A DNA stretch of 64,000 nt, taken from assembly GCA_009103225.1 (NCBI GenBank), contig RHPI01003788.1, positions 294,421-358,420 of the forward strand, read 5' to 3'. Shown here one piece after another: positions 1 through 13,989 of this stretch. Under the pieces are notes generated by a model. It searched no databases. It was not told the DNA's origin and was given only the letters and a program-made list of their open reading frames with translations. The number at the start of each line of letters is the position of its first letter. The first letter of the stretch is position 1. The translations under genes and the position numbers were made by a program. This DNA comes from Chlorokybus atmophyticus (lineage: Eukaryota; Plantae; Mesostigma and Chlorokybus algae).

Positions 1-5
1 CGGAC

Positions 6-1780
6 TGGCTCATAGGCCGCACTGGTCAGTGCGGTCTACGAGCCAGCCTACAGAAACTGTCTCATAGGCACTGAGCAGTGCCTATCATAGGCTGCGCTAT
101 TATAGCGTGTAGCCCAACAAATGTGTACACTCACGCACACACAATTGCGCACTCATGCGCCTGACCCACACACTCATTGCACATACGCACACTCGTGTGC
201 ACACACATCGCACCTTAATGATGGCGGAGGGCACGGAGCTGGGGCGAGTAGTGCCTGCTTACGCAGAGCTGTGCACAGTGAGAATCTAGTCTTTGCGGTC
301 TATGAGCCAGCGATACCCAATGAGCCAGCCTTATAGCCAACAAGTGTGTGTGCACGTGCATACGTGTGTGACAAAGAGTGCTTGCCTGTCTGGATATTGC
401 GGTCTATGAACTGCATTTTGAGTGTGCGTGCAAATTTACACATGAGCAATGTCACAACACACATGCACACACGCACAAGCGCTTGCACACCTTGAAGCTG
501 GAGAGCACGGGCAACTGTATTCAGGTGGTGCTTGTATATGCAGAGCCGCGCAGCCCAAACTTCTCTCTCTTCTCAGCAGCGGGTGATTGCCAGCTTGGGC
601 GGTCCGCGAACCTGCACGTGTGCGTGCACGTGAGCACATGAATGTGCGCGCGCATGCATGCATATATGTGTGTGCGTGTGCGCATGTTCAACAAGCAAGG
701 GGGTGGCGGGGGGGACACCTGCATGCATAGTGTTCGTGTACATGCAGAAGTGCTGCTCATAGGTCGCACTGTTTAGTGCAGCCTATCAGCCAGCCTACAG
801 CGACTGGCTCACAGGCCGCACCGGATAGTGCGGCCTATGAGCAAGTTGCTTTAAGCCTGTGAACCCAATATTGACCGTGTGTCTACAAGAATATGTACGC
901 GTGCCATGAAAGCACATCTGTACTTGCACGCGTGCGTAAGTGCATGCCCTTGCACGTGCATATGCGCATGCATATGCACGCACATATTCTTCTCCCCCCC
1001 CNNNNNNNNNNNNNNNNNNNNNNNNNNNNNNNNNNNNNNNNNNNNNNNNNNNNNNNNNNNNNNNNNNNNNNNNNNNNNNNNNNNNNNNNNNNNNNNNNNN
1101 NNNNNNNNNNNNNNNNNNNNNNNNNNNNNNNNNNNNNNCCCCCCCCTCTCGTCCTCTTCCCCTTCCCTCCCCTTATTATTCCGCTCACCTTGAGGTCGCA
1201 GGTACCTACTGCAGCGCCCCCTAGTTCTGCGCCCTGAGCAGAGCAGCAACAGTGACGCCCTGGGTCACATGTGCAGTGACTGTTCTAGACACATGTGCAC
1301 GGTGGTATGTGCGAGCGGTGATGACGAAGGTGCACCGCACTTGTCTGCAAGCGCACGCACTGTGTGACACACATACACATACGCGCAAAGATATGCGCAC
1401 GCACGCGCACTCTTGCAAGCATGTGGGTGTACCCCATGCACACGTACACACGTTCTCACCCTCACGGCACTTCAGAGCATGCATTGCGCAATGCATGCAT
1501 AGCTGCCAGCTCAGCATCTACGGAGCAGCGGCTGCTTGATGGCGCCATCCACGCCTCCTCCGTCGGGCACCTTCCGGTTGGCAGCACTTGACTGGCCTGC
1601 ACGAGCAAGTGAGCTTGCCATAGCAACCATGCGAAGTGCCTTTTTCTGAAACTGTTGCACAATGCTGTGCAGTCTGTGGGCGTCTATGGGCTTCTGGACA
1701 GCCGCTCCATGGGTTTTAGAATCCACTGACCAGGCATCGCTGGCTCATAGGCACTGGTTAGTGCAGTCTATGAGCCCCCC
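6..1780. repeat. Dispersed family of short hairpin repeats, consensus GGCTCATAGG(CC)GCACTG-nn-CAGTGC(GG)TCTATGAGCC
   Basis: Copies at about 7-45, 61-90, 755-795, 805-842 and 1742-1780. Half-copies at about 295-310 and 399-408. Confidence 0.75.
1002..1138. other. Assembly gap (N run) flanked by C-runs
   Basis: 137 Ns. Single Ns also occur at 12438, 34942 and 55095. Confidence 0.98.
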
Positions 1781-4700
1781 TATCACTGTCTCGTATGTTG
1801 CACTAGTCGGCGCCGCCTATAAAACGGTGTAAAACTACAAGCTGATCATGACAGATGTTTGTACGTGCATGCGTGCATGAGACAAAGTAAGACAGAGCAA
1901 GAGAATGCATGCATCTACTCAGCAAGCTGCATGCTTGTGCAAGCATGCAATTGGCCGTGACACTGAACAAAGCTGACTAGCTCACAAGCTATACGCTTTG
2001 CACGCCTTGCCTACCAATAAGCAGAACCATGGTAGTCACATGCGATGATTGTGCGTACCATGCTCTCAGCACTGCAACATCTGACAGAGGCAAGACAGAT
2101 CACGTACCGCACTATCTAGCACAAAGCCATCAGCGATATACAAAGCAACGCAAGTGCAGCAACAAGTTTGATAGACTGATGGTGCTATGGTGAGCTGAGC
2201 GAGCTATCGCTGCATAACACGCATGGGTTCGTAATGCCACATGACATGATCAGCGGTTTAACGTGCGACAACAATGCTAGGAGCAATGATGCCTCGGAGC
2301 CTGCGGCTGTAGCTGCTGCAGCCGCCGACGCTGTAGCAACCCAGCTGTACGACAGCTGTAGCAGCTGCGGCGGCTGTTGCTATGGCGGCTGTTGTTGGAC
2401 TTACTGTTGTGCAGGTACAGCAGCAGTATTCACAAGCACAACCACCATCATGTCTACGACAAGCATGTCTATGGCAACAACGACAATTGACAACGATAGT
2501 AGGAGCCGCTGCAACCGTGGCAGCTGCTGTTGTTACACTGGCGACCACGCAATTCAAGCTTACAGCAAGCAAAGCAACGTTGCACCGAAAAGAACTAACA
2601 CCAACACCTTTCCGTAGCCAGCCTACCTCCAGCACCGCCCCCTCCGGCGCTGCCTCCAGCGCTTGCAGCATAAGCAACGCAAGCAGTGCCTCAGTACGAC
2701 CCAGCGACTAGGGTTTCAGCACGGGATAAGGACAGTGTCGTACATACCGCTCTGCTGACGTGTACGAAGTTGCATCCCGCTGTCACAGACAATGCGGTGC
2801 GTGCCAGGCCTGGTGCTCACTCTGTCTGCGTACGAACCGGACTTGGTTCTCGGAACCGAAACATGTTCGTACCAGTGCTGCTTCGGTCGACAGGTCGCGC
2901 GGGGCGGGATCAGCCTTGGTTTCAACACTTCAACCGCGTGCTGCACCAGTGCTTCACTGGTTCATTGGCCGCGGGACATGCGACCGACCCTGGTTCGGTT
3001 CATCGGACCATACCGTCCGGCTCCAGGGCCGGACCACCAGTGGTCCGGTCACACCGGACCAGTCGCGGTACTGGTACGCTACAACGTACCAGACGCGGGC
3101 TGCGTACGACTGGTCCGCGCGTAAAAAGCCCTGTGGTAGCGTATCCCCATTCCACGCACAAAGATGCTGTCACCCGACAAGTTCGTACATGCGGATGACA
3201 CCGTCCAAGACCAAGGCTGGTCCTAGTGATGAGGACATTTTGTATAGCGTTAGGCTTTTTGAGCCTGCGGTTGAGGATGAGGCTGCTGAGGCTGATGGTG
3301 AGGACATGTAATGCATTGTGCACAAACATGCATGCGTGCATTTCTGTGACTGAAAGTTCACACAGAGGTGTTGTAGATGGATGCGAGGAGGTTGTGCCGC
3401 CGCGCGTAACGGTGGCGTTGTGCATGACGTTCTTCCATGGTGTGGAGGCGTTCATCGCTACCAACGACTACCCCATTTCAGAACATTATTAGCTCACATT
3501 GCGTCAGCTGCGTAGTGTGGTCATCAAGCATCAGATATATAATGCCGGGCATAAAACTCGCATCCAGGACTTTTTCACAGCGGGTGATACCGGGCATAAG
3601 GCTATAAGAGCTTAATTATGCTGTTGACGGTTAAAGAATACATATTTTCTTAAACACTAAGAATACCCCCATGACTGGAATGAAAAAGGTAGGGATAAAC
3701 GTGATTCTTATCACGAGGAAGACTGTACCAGGTACACTATGGTTGAACGGTTCAACTTGAACCGCAACGGTGTATATACCAGTTAGGTATTGAGCTTAAC
3801 TTGATAGCAACTGAACTCTTGCAAATAGGTTGGCGCTAAAAACGATTTCGTCGATCAAACCATGTAAGATACCGTAGTTGTCAACGCCTACCACGGTTAA
3901 TTCGTTACCGTGGTAGGATCAACAAATCTAGATCTGCAAACGCAGCTAGCAGCAGCAGGCGCGCTTGGTGCGCACAACCACTGCACGGCTGCTGGCCAGG
4001 GCGATGGCGATGACAGCGGCGATGGATCCGCCGCCGCCGCCGTTGCTTGCGCTTCGTTGTCGGGCATATGCCACCTCTGACCAACGAGTAGCCTCCTATG
4101 CAGCCACTGCCTGCTGCTTTGCGCTAGCTCACCTGCCACTCCACCGCGCCTTAGCCTGCTCTTCAGCTCGCCTGCTCCTACACGCCTGCCCGTTTGTGCA
4201 TGCTCATACATGACATTCCAAATAACTTGGTGAATAAGTCAGTGCCTGCTTGTTTTGTGCTCGCCGTGGTGCATGTAGCTTGTCTGCATGGCAGTGCGCC
4301 TGCAGGTACTACTGGCTATGCTTGTCGCCATGTTGTTGCCAACACTCTTGGTGTTGCTGTTGAGCTTGATATTGTAGATGTGCCTTACAGGTTGAAGGCC
4401 TTCACCACTTGTCATGCTGTGTAGGCCGCTTGCCAGGCATTGCCTGCAGGTACTGCCGTCGCTATTTAATGCTGCTGCTGCTGCTGCGCAGTTGCTTTTG
4501 TCGTCGTCCTTGCCGTTGCTTGAGCTCACATTTTGCGGTTGGTGCTGACAGGGTTAAGTTAAGGGTAGTCAATGGCAGCTTGCTTTTCACACATTCGTCA
4601 GTGCCCCACAACTCTTTGCATGTGTGCTCAGTGCTTTGCAATGTTTCAACCCCTCCAGGCAAGTTGCTGTCTGCTTTTGCTCGTCAGTTACCTGCTTGCT

Positions 4701-6839
4701 TGTCTGCTCTATTAGCCTGCTTAACTAATGCATATGGCTTTGCGTGTTGGTGTTGCGTTCTCATTTGTTGTTTTTTAAGCTGTATTTGGTCTAGCAAGCT
4801 GACGCCATCAAGCTTATAGCAGAGCTAGTCATGACATCATTTATGTTGGCAGCAGCTTTGTTGGCTACTGAAACGCAATCAACCAGCTAGAGCTCTTCTG
4901 GTGCGTTTAATGGTCGTCCACTCTGCGGATTAACTCGACGAGTATGGCCTGCACCTGCTGCCAGTGTGTGCGTCAATGCTCGTCATTGTGCCTATGGCTG
5001 TTTCACATGTTGTTGCTGGCAAATTCTTGGCTTCCTCCACTTTCAGTACTGATTTCACTGCTTTTATGCTGACTTGCTTTTCACATTGACTAACGTTTTG
5101 TGCAATGACTGATTGTTAGATGGTGACCATGATGCTGATTGCTGGCACGTGTAGGAGGGAGGTAGGCTTAAGGAGCCACCACACAGATTCACGAAGTTTT
5201 ATGCTAAACACACGCTTGCTACTTGATGCATGGGCACGCACACATGCACACACACACACACATGCACACACACGCACACGCACGCGTGCATGTGTGCACG
5301 CCTGCAGGCTTCAAGGCAGGCATGCCCGCATGTTCTCGCACAATTGCACACGTCAGCCTGCACGCACATGCAAGCTTGTGCACAGATGTGCAGGCGTGCA
5401 AGCTTGTACGCACGCATGTACATACTTGCACACATACGTATGCATGGTGCCCTTCAGGCGTTCTGACATGCATGGGCACGCGCACATATGTAAATTGTCC
5501 AGGCGTGCAAGGGTGCAGGCTTGTAGGTGTAGTGCTAAGGAGGCCTAGATTTTGCTGCAGTCCGTTTTGATCCTGAACAAGGGCAAGCCTGTGGGCACAG
5601 TTGTGGCCAAGGACCCTGAAGCAGATTTCCTCGACTTTGCCCAGGTGTGAAGCACATGCGGCTATAAGACTGTGTGTGTTGATGTTGATGGTGTAGAAGC
5701 AAACAGTCATCTCAAGCTGTCGATGCTGTTCTAGGTCTTCATGCAAGACTTTGTGTCGTCCGGGCTAGTTTTTATAATTATAGGGATGCCAAAGATTGTG
5801 GAGGGCGTGCGCATGCTGCCAGCTCCGAAAATGCAGGTGCGTACACATGCAATTCACGTATGCAACTGTATGCGTGAGGGCATGCGCATACGCATACGCA
5901 TACGCATACGCATGGATGCTCATGCTTGCATACTACTCTCCAGGCCTGCAAGTGCGCGGGAGTGGACCTCCTCTTATGCACGCGTGTAGTATTGCTCTTG
6001 TCTCCTGCAGGCGTTCACACGTGCTGCACATTTTCAGGGCGTGCAGGAGTTCAGGCATGTCCCCTGCATTAAGCGCACAAATGCTACTTTGCATGTGCAC
6101 TTCTGCAGCTGCCGGCGTTCAGGCGTGCTGCATGCCTTCCAGGTGTGGAGGCGTTTAGGCGTACGCATTGGCTGGTGGTGGAGTTTCCGCACACACATGT
6201 ACTGCCTGTAAACACATTTAATATGTAGTTGTATAGTCTGTGATGTTGTATAATCAGGTAGATTACTCTGAACATTGCCAACATTGCCAACATTGTTTGT
6301 GATGCCTGTGACTGTTAACTTAGTGCTTGTTACTGGTTTTTAACACAATGTAAGCTAAATGCACATTGCAAGACCATGATTGAACCGTGTACGAAATGAT
6401 ACCAGCAGACCATACAAGACCAGTATTGCATCATGCATCGGCTGCATTTTTGCATGTTCAATGCGAAAAACAACTCCCAATGTTGATCCTGCTGTTGGGC
6501 ACCAGTATTAGCATGTACGAATAGCGATTGCGAAAACTCCGGCCAATACTGTACCCGGCGACTGGTACCAATATAAGCCTGTACTGTGATGTCAGCAAAA
6601 ACGGCCAATATTGCGGCCGTCAATTGCCGCGGCCCACCACGACAGTGCTTGGATCGGGGACCAGTACCAGTTCCCGCCGATTGGCCAGTTTCGAGACTGG
6701 TCCGCGGGTCTCGTGGACCTGCTAAAGTATAGTATAGTATACAGGAGACGGCCTTCTTCGGGCTGCATTCGACGGCTTTGTAACTACTCTTGTATTTAGT
6801 AACTACAAAGAATTGGCGGCTGCTGTGCGCTCGGCAGTG

Positions 6840-6840
<1 letters not shown>

Positions 6841-6902
<62 letters not shown>
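6841..6902. repeat. (TA)n microsatellite
   Basis: Perfect TA run of about 31 units. Confidence 0.97.
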
Positions 6903-6906
<4 letters not shown>

Positions 6907-7624
6907 AAACGTAAATAATAAATATATGTACAAAGTAAATACAAACACCGTTGGATCGATGCGGCGTTGACCGCTCGATGCTTCGATACATATTTCTTTC
7001 ATTTATTGCCGATCTTCGCCGTGCTCCGCCGTGCGTTACAATACACAAGAAACACCTTTACGTACCGTGTGTACCGTACAAACAGTACACCTTTGCGTAC
7101 CGTACTCTAAGCTGCCCCCCCCCCCCCCATCCCCCCCGTTTTGTACTGTGCATCTAATTGATTACACAGAGCGCCACATAGATGCCTCTAAAGCAAATGT
7201 ATATATTTAGAGCACTGTGTAGCTATTTAGATACATACATTTATCAGAGCAAACAAAGTTGCGGTAAGTAAGGTTAGAGTTTTCATTGGTCGGCAGCCGT
7301 TGGGGGCGGCGGCATGGGCGGCTTGGGGGCGGCGTGGGTGGGCTACATATGTGACAATGATGGCCACCATAGACATGTAGCTAGTATGTATAAGCCTGTT
7401 GTTGACAATGTTAATGGCATACATGAGCTTGTTTCATTGCGATAGGGTCTTTTTGTGGCTGTTTACAAGCGCCACATGTTTGGGAGCTGATGTTACCCCC
7501 TTGAAGCTAATCCATCCACCACCTCCCTCTCCTCATGCTCCCCCCCCGCCCCCACCGCCCCCACCTCCCCCTCAACCTCCATCATCACAACCCCAATCGC
7601 GACAAGAGGGTAAGTCACAAACAC

Positions 7625-8320
7625 ACATGGTGTGTGTGTGGGTGTGTATGCGCGTGTATATGTGCGCTCGTTACATGTTTGTGAGCGTGCGTGCGTGCAC
7701 GCATGCGTATGCTCGTGCTCGTCTGCGTGCGGACGCATATGTGCGCATGTGTACCTTGCGACAATGTGTGCGCGCATGCAAGCTGGTGTCGGGACAGGAG
7801 TGTATGCTCGTGTGCGCGCGTGTACGTGTATGCATACGTGCATCCGCATACACGCGTGCGTGTGTATGCGTGCATGCGCGTGTGTATGCTCATGTGCGCA
7901 TATGCATACACGCGTTTACGTGTATGCATCTATGCATCTGCATACACGCGCGTGTGTGTATGTGTATGGGCGTGTGTGGGTATGAATGCGCGTCGTATAT
8001 GTGTGTGCGCTCATCACATGCGTGCGTACGTGCGTGAGCGCGCGTGTATATGCTTGTGGTCGCTATGTGCGCATGTGTTGTGTGGACGCTATGCGCTTAT
8101 GTGTATGCGGCAATGTGTGTACGCATGCAAGCTAGTGTCGGGGCGGGCGTGGAGGCATGTGAGTTTGCATGTAGACATATGCATATGCACGTATGCATGC
8201 CCGCATGTGTATGTGTATGGGCATGTGTGGGCGCCAAGGCTATTGTGCGCGTGCACGCATGCGTGTACGTGTGTGTGAATGTGTATATCATGTATAGGAT
8301 GATGCCTGTGTGGCGTGTGT
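7625..8320. repeat. Degenerate (TG/TGCG/TGCA)n low-complexity tract
   Basis: Purine-pyrimidine alternating sequence. Its ORFs are Cys/Val/Ala/Arg/His-rich noise. Confidence 0.85.
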
Positions 8321-9039
8321 GTGATATGTATTGTACAAACTCATGTGCTGACATTGATATGTGAACAGACAATGAGGAAATTGGAGCGGGGCACCCCGTA
8401 TATGAAGAAGCTTCTAAGCGAGTGCGCTTGTATGCACCAGAACTAGTTTGCAACAATGTCAGCCAAACGTGGCAGCTCAAGTAACCATTGCAACTTATGC
8501 ACTGGCCCGATATACGAATGCCAATGACAAACCCTTTGTTGGCTGTCAAGACAAAAGAGGCCTGCACGCCATCAACCTTCGACAAGAAAGACTGTTATGT
8601 AGATGATGTTAACACCATTATGGTGTAATCTTGTTGGCATGGGTGTATGCCCGTATGCATGCGTGCGTGGGGTTAAGCATCTACTAGGTGGCACGCGTGT
8701 GGATGTAGAATGTCATGCGATGAGGGCTGCTTGATGTTCAAGTGCATATGCAGGTGACATACTGGGTGCCTCGTGTTTTTTTCAATTAATATGTGAAGCA
8801 ATACTCCCGCATGTAACAAGAAGGCCATCACATCTGATGGGTGGTATAAACACATGCGCAAGGTCACAGGGCTACGTGGTAGTAACTGGCTCTATGGCAT
8901 GAGTCTGAGCTGCAAAAAGTGTACAGGTACGCATTGTCACACATGCATTGCGTATACACACACATTGCTAGCACATATGTAAATGCTTGCATGTTGATTC
9001 AACATGCAAGCATTTACATATGTGCAAATGGTATTGCAG

Positions 9040-10748
9040 GTAATGAAAGTAGAGACTTTACTTGTCTCATATACAATTATACAATTATCGAATCCTTGGG
9101 CGGCTGCCAACATTTGTGCGAGACGAGTTCAAGATTCTGTTGACACCACGAGTAGGGTTAAGAAAAGACTTATTCGATTTTATTACGAGAGCCATAGTAT
9201 GTGGTCAATCACTCCACGATGTATGCGAGCAACTCAAAGAGAGTCATCGCACCGACTACACACGGGTACATTGTTCTAATCTGGTATTGTATGCTCTTCG
9301 GCACAGTGATTGCATGCTTGAGCACTCAAATTAACCATAATTACGTCTTTTCTTAGTAAATGCAGACGCTATTAGTGTACACTGAAATTTGGGAGTACCT
9401 GCACAAACCCGGTGATGCATTATCTTATCTTTGTACTACATCCATGCCGTCGCCGCCTGCGTTTGAAGTCTTTGATGATCCCAAGGGATGGCGCGGGTAC
9501 GTGCCAAGCGCTGAGTACCTGACTCAGCAATACATTAAGCATGGTCAAGCAAGACGTGAATGGCAACAAAAGAGGATGACGACACTTGGTGGAGCTATAC
9601 TAGCTGTGGATCATACATACTTTAAATTGCCCAAATTTGTGCGACAAGAAGGACGTAAGGTGGCGGAAGATGTTTTCACACTTTATAACGAAACCAAGCA
9701 AGTGTGGTTGCATTGATTTGCGACTGCTGTGATTAAGTTTGATAGATTGTGCGGTCAGTTGGGTGAACACAATCACCCACACACGAACTGTCTATGGGTG
9801 ATTGGATGGTACCTGGCTAGCTCATCCAGATTGGCCAAAGTCGTCCCAGCCTTGCCAATGATTATTAAGCGTGCATACTACGCTGTGCATCAACAAGTGA
9901 GACGCACGTGCACGCCGCAGTGTTTGCTATAAAGCAATGAGTGTGCTTGCATATGCATGAACAAAACTGTGTGCAGTCATTGAAGGTGGTGTGTTGTGAT
10001 AACTCGACAAGCATGGAGATGTTCTTACTCCAAGGTTTCGGGTTGGACCATCTTTTGGTTTTGAAAGATCCATGGCATTTTAGAAATATTTTAGAAACAG
10101 CATTACAGAAACAGCACACAACCCCTCACCTCCTGACCACGTTGGTGCCACCCTATTAGAACACGCTCTCTCACAGCAGACCAGCAACACAACTTAAGTA
10201 AGTAGTAGCTGCATGTTAATGCAATCATAACGTGGTGTTCAATGTGGACATGACCGACAACCGTTGTAGGCACAAGCCACACCGGCAACGGATTATAACC
10301 CCTCTCGTTCAAGCAGCTTCAACGCCACAGCAAACCAACCACAACATGTGTCTTCTCAGCATGACAGCAACACCACAAGTTAAGTAAGTGGTGTGCGTGC
10401 GAACGTGCAAGTTTGTGCGAGCGCTCGCGCGATCGAGGGCGCGTGCGTGCGTGCGTGCGAATGAGTGCGTGCGTTTGTGCAAACGTGCATCGGTGAGTGC
10501 GTGCGAGTGGGTGAGCGTGCATGCGTTGATTTGTGCGTGCATACGTGCGAACGTGCGAGCGAGCGTGCGAGCGAGTGCGCGTACGTGCGTGCGTGCATGC
10601 GTGCGAACGTACGAGCGTGCATGCTAGCGAGCGTGCAAGCGAGCACGCGAGCGAGGGCGCGTAGGTGCGTGCGTGTGCGAATGAGTGTGCGTGCATGCGT
10701 GCGACCGGATGTCGGTGCAAGCATGCGTGTGTGCAAGCGAGCGAGGGC

Positions 10749-10779
<31 letters not shown>

Positions 10780-11990
10780 AGTGAGTGTGCGTGCATGCGT
10801 GCGTGCAAAAGTGCGTCGGTGCGAGCGAGCAAGCGTGCGTGCGTGCGCGCGTGCGTGCGTGCGTGCGTGCTTCGGTGAGTGCGTGCGAGCGGGTGAGCGT
10901 GCGTGCAGTGGTTCGTGCGTGCGAGCGAACGAACGTGCGAGCGTGTGTATGAGCATGCATGTGGAGCATGAATGCGAGGTTGCACGCGTGCGTGTGCGCC
11001 AGCGTGCGGGTTAGCGTGCGCGTGTGCATGAGCGTGAGTGTGCGCGTGTGCGTGCATGCTTGCGCATATGTGTGCCAATTTTATACGTTGTCATTTACAG
11101 ATTGAGGAGGTCATCGATGATGAGTTGTACAATTACTTCACCCTTTTTTAGCAGGAGCGGGTCGCGACACAGCAAGTAAGTACCGCAATGCAAGTCAATT
11201 GGCAAAGGTTTAAGTGTGGTAATGTTAATCGTGATGCAGGGTGTCAGGCAAGCACACAACTCATCACACGATGCTGATCTCCTTGCCGAAGGCACGCGAA
11301 GAATGAGCATAACACCACGTCCTCCAAGGCCAGCGTGGCGACTGAGCCCACGCATTCCAACTCAATCCGTCAGCAACGTCAATGCACGCAATGAAGGTGT
11401 GGCAAGTTTCTAAACTAGGGTTCTCATTTGCGGTCATACGAAACTCCGCAGACGCACATGCGGCGTGCATGTACGTGCTTGTTGTATGCGCATACATAGC
11501 CACAAATGCTCCATGCACGTGAATATAAACATGTCGTTCACAATGAATTTGCTTAGGCACTCAACCTGGAGCATCGAAGAATGCAGCGCATGGAGCACAA
11601 CGCAATTTGAAGGTGCGCTCGGGTGTGTTGCACAAAAAGAAACCCATCAATTTTGCACGACACATTGCAAACGCCGAAGAACGACGGATGTGGTTTAAAC
11701 TACACCAAGCGTCCACAAACAACACTGGCAAAACCGATTGGGACGCTATGTGTAGGGAGTGGAATTAGGGTTAAGTGAACAGGTAGCTCAAAAGAATGGC
11801 CGCGAGATCTATTGAAAGTGCAAGCATTATCTGCAAGCGTTTGAACGCCAGCTAGTCAAAGACTTGGTGGAAAACGAGCATGTAACCATGCGCAATGCTA
11901 TGCAGGGTTTTTTTGCAGACACTACCAGCGTCACTCCTCTGAGTGCAACAGCACATTGCAAACCAACCCAAAGCCGAGCCTCCTCAAGCT
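9040..11990 (+). pseudogene. Spliced, decayed DUF6729-like putative DNA-transposon transposase
   Basis: Exon-like blocks: ILGRLPTFVRDEFKILLTPRVGLRKDLFDF...LKESH (9062-9334); GYVPSAEYL...ILAVDHTYFKLPKF...VFTLYNETKQV (9360-9716); VCCDN...VLKDPWHFRN (9941-10159); IY*KCKHYLQAFERQL (about 11.8 kb). These resemble the fungal/fish DUF6729 family as recalled, not searched. Confidence 0.6.
10395..11065. repeat. (TGCG/AGCG)n-derived degenerate microsatellite
   Basis: Long GTGC/GAGC tetramer array. Confidence 0.9.
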
Positions 11991-12206
11991 CAGCGCCAAT
12001 CAACCCGCCGCCAGCTACAGTCACGTGTCATGCGTAAGGACTTCGCGCATTGGCGGGAGTGCCCCTTTAAGGATGTCACCAAGTTCCCGTGGCCTCCACT
12101 GTTGAGCGACATCTGTGGGCCAGACTGCAAAACGAATTGCCGAGTAGCAGGAGATTTGCGAGTGTAGAGTCTCATCAGCGCTAGAGATTCAGATTCATCT
12201 TGCTTC

Positions 12207-12240
<34 letters not shown>

Positions 12241-12299
12241 CCTCCCCTATAATGCACTTAAAATGAATATGAATGCACAGCTTTTCGCACAGATGCATG

Positions 12300-12743
<444 letters not shown>

Positions 12744-13514
12744 CTATACCCTTGTCCACTTGCACCAACGACAGGATTTCAAGCCCAAGTGTAAGTCCAC
12801 GCGCTGTACCGTTTGCTAGTTTCGCCTAAATGCACGCCGCCGCCGCCCACGCCGCCGCCGCTGCCAAGAACGGGCGCCAAGTTGCAACTACTGACAACTT
12901 ACCACACTTGCATTTAGAGGTTACTTAGGTTTCGTAATTGATATCATACTGTATGATTCATACAGCCAAATGTATGCCGAAAAAGTACGGTACCTACTGC
13001 ACAGTGCCTGAGGTACCGTATTAACGCATAACGGCAGTCAGCGAATGCGGTAAATACTATGATGAAACTGGACATCGGCAGCCCAAAGAGCACTGGAAGC
13101 ATGCGAGGATGTTGTGAAAAACTTGTTGAATTTTGTAAAAAAAGTGGGCCCGACGCTGTATTTACTTGAAATTAGGCCCGAAATATTAAATACAAACGCT
13201 TAAGGACAATGGTCTGATCCGCCGGGCCCCCTCGCGGTCCGTCGGAAAATTGCCTTGTGGCTCCTCCGCCAGCGCCACCTCACTAAGTGGTAAAACCTTC
13301 TGCACAGACCACGGTATGATGAGCCCATGCATGTAAGCTGACAGTTGCACCATACACGGTGTTCAACTCTGTGGATCAATTGCCCACCGTTCGCGTTGCT
13401 TAGATCAACGGTTACAAAAGGCTAAGCCTTCTAGTCTAGCCTCTGCACAAAACCATCTTAAGGAAACTACATAAGTCAATTTAGCATGTATTCTAGCATC
13501 TAGACATAGGGTGA

Positions 13515-13882
13515 GGTCGCCGATGAGGCCCTCACTTATCTCCTGCATGCTTGTTGCGCAGGCTGTGGATTGATGGGATTTATCGTGTGAACCTGTCACT
13601 GCATCGCCTCCACGAGCAGCCATGAAGGGTGCAATTGGTGTGTTCATCGGCACCTCACTCAATAGCTGGGCACGTCGACTTTTGCTTAGCCGATGCGCGG
13701 TCGCCGGTGTGGCCCTCACTTGTCTCCTTCATGGTTGTTGCGCAGGCTGTGGATTAATGGGATTTATCGCGTGACCCCGTCATTGCATCGCCTCCACGCG
13801 CAGCCATAAAGGGTGCAATTGGTGTGTTCATAGGCACCTCACTCAATAGCTTGGCACATTCCCTTTTGCTTAGCCGATGCGC
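13515..13882. repeat. Tandem duplication with a 184-bp unit
   Basis: GGCCCTCACTT at 13527 and 13711; GCTTAGCCGATGCGC at 13684 and 13868. Confidence 0.9.
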
Positions 13883-13902
13883 CAGCAGTGATCCACTTCA
13901 CT

Positions 13903-13989
13903 CATTATTATTGGCTCACGCACGTGAGCATTAACAATCGCACCGTGCATGGGACTGTCAATGCTCACGTGCGTAAGCCAACAATAATG
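13903..13989. repeat. Short inverted repeat/hairpin with arms of about 33 bp
   Basis: CATTATTATTGGCTCACGCACGTGAGCATTAACA ... TGTCAATGCTCACGTGCGTAAGCCAACAATAATG. Confidence 0.85.

Noticed and set aside
121-1700. Many 60-130-aa His/Thr/Cys/Ala-rich ORFs
   Set aside because: They are translations of TG/CA low-complexity sequence and N-run read-through, with no domain motifs.
1801-1807. CACTA word as a possible CACTA terminus
   Set aside because: No matching opposite end with a 3-bp TSD was found.
2234-6160. Protein-like fragments (e.g. PSDEDILYSVRLFEP, QSVLILNKGKPVGTVVAKDPEADF)
   Set aside because: Probably decayed exons, but they contain stops and no recognisable family, so they were not called.
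7399-8364. Long overlapping ORFs up to 212 aa
   Set aside because: Derived from the (TGCG/TGTA) repeat tract.
10319-11078. ORFs of 230+ aa
   Set aside because: Microsatellite translations (HAR/VRAC repeats).
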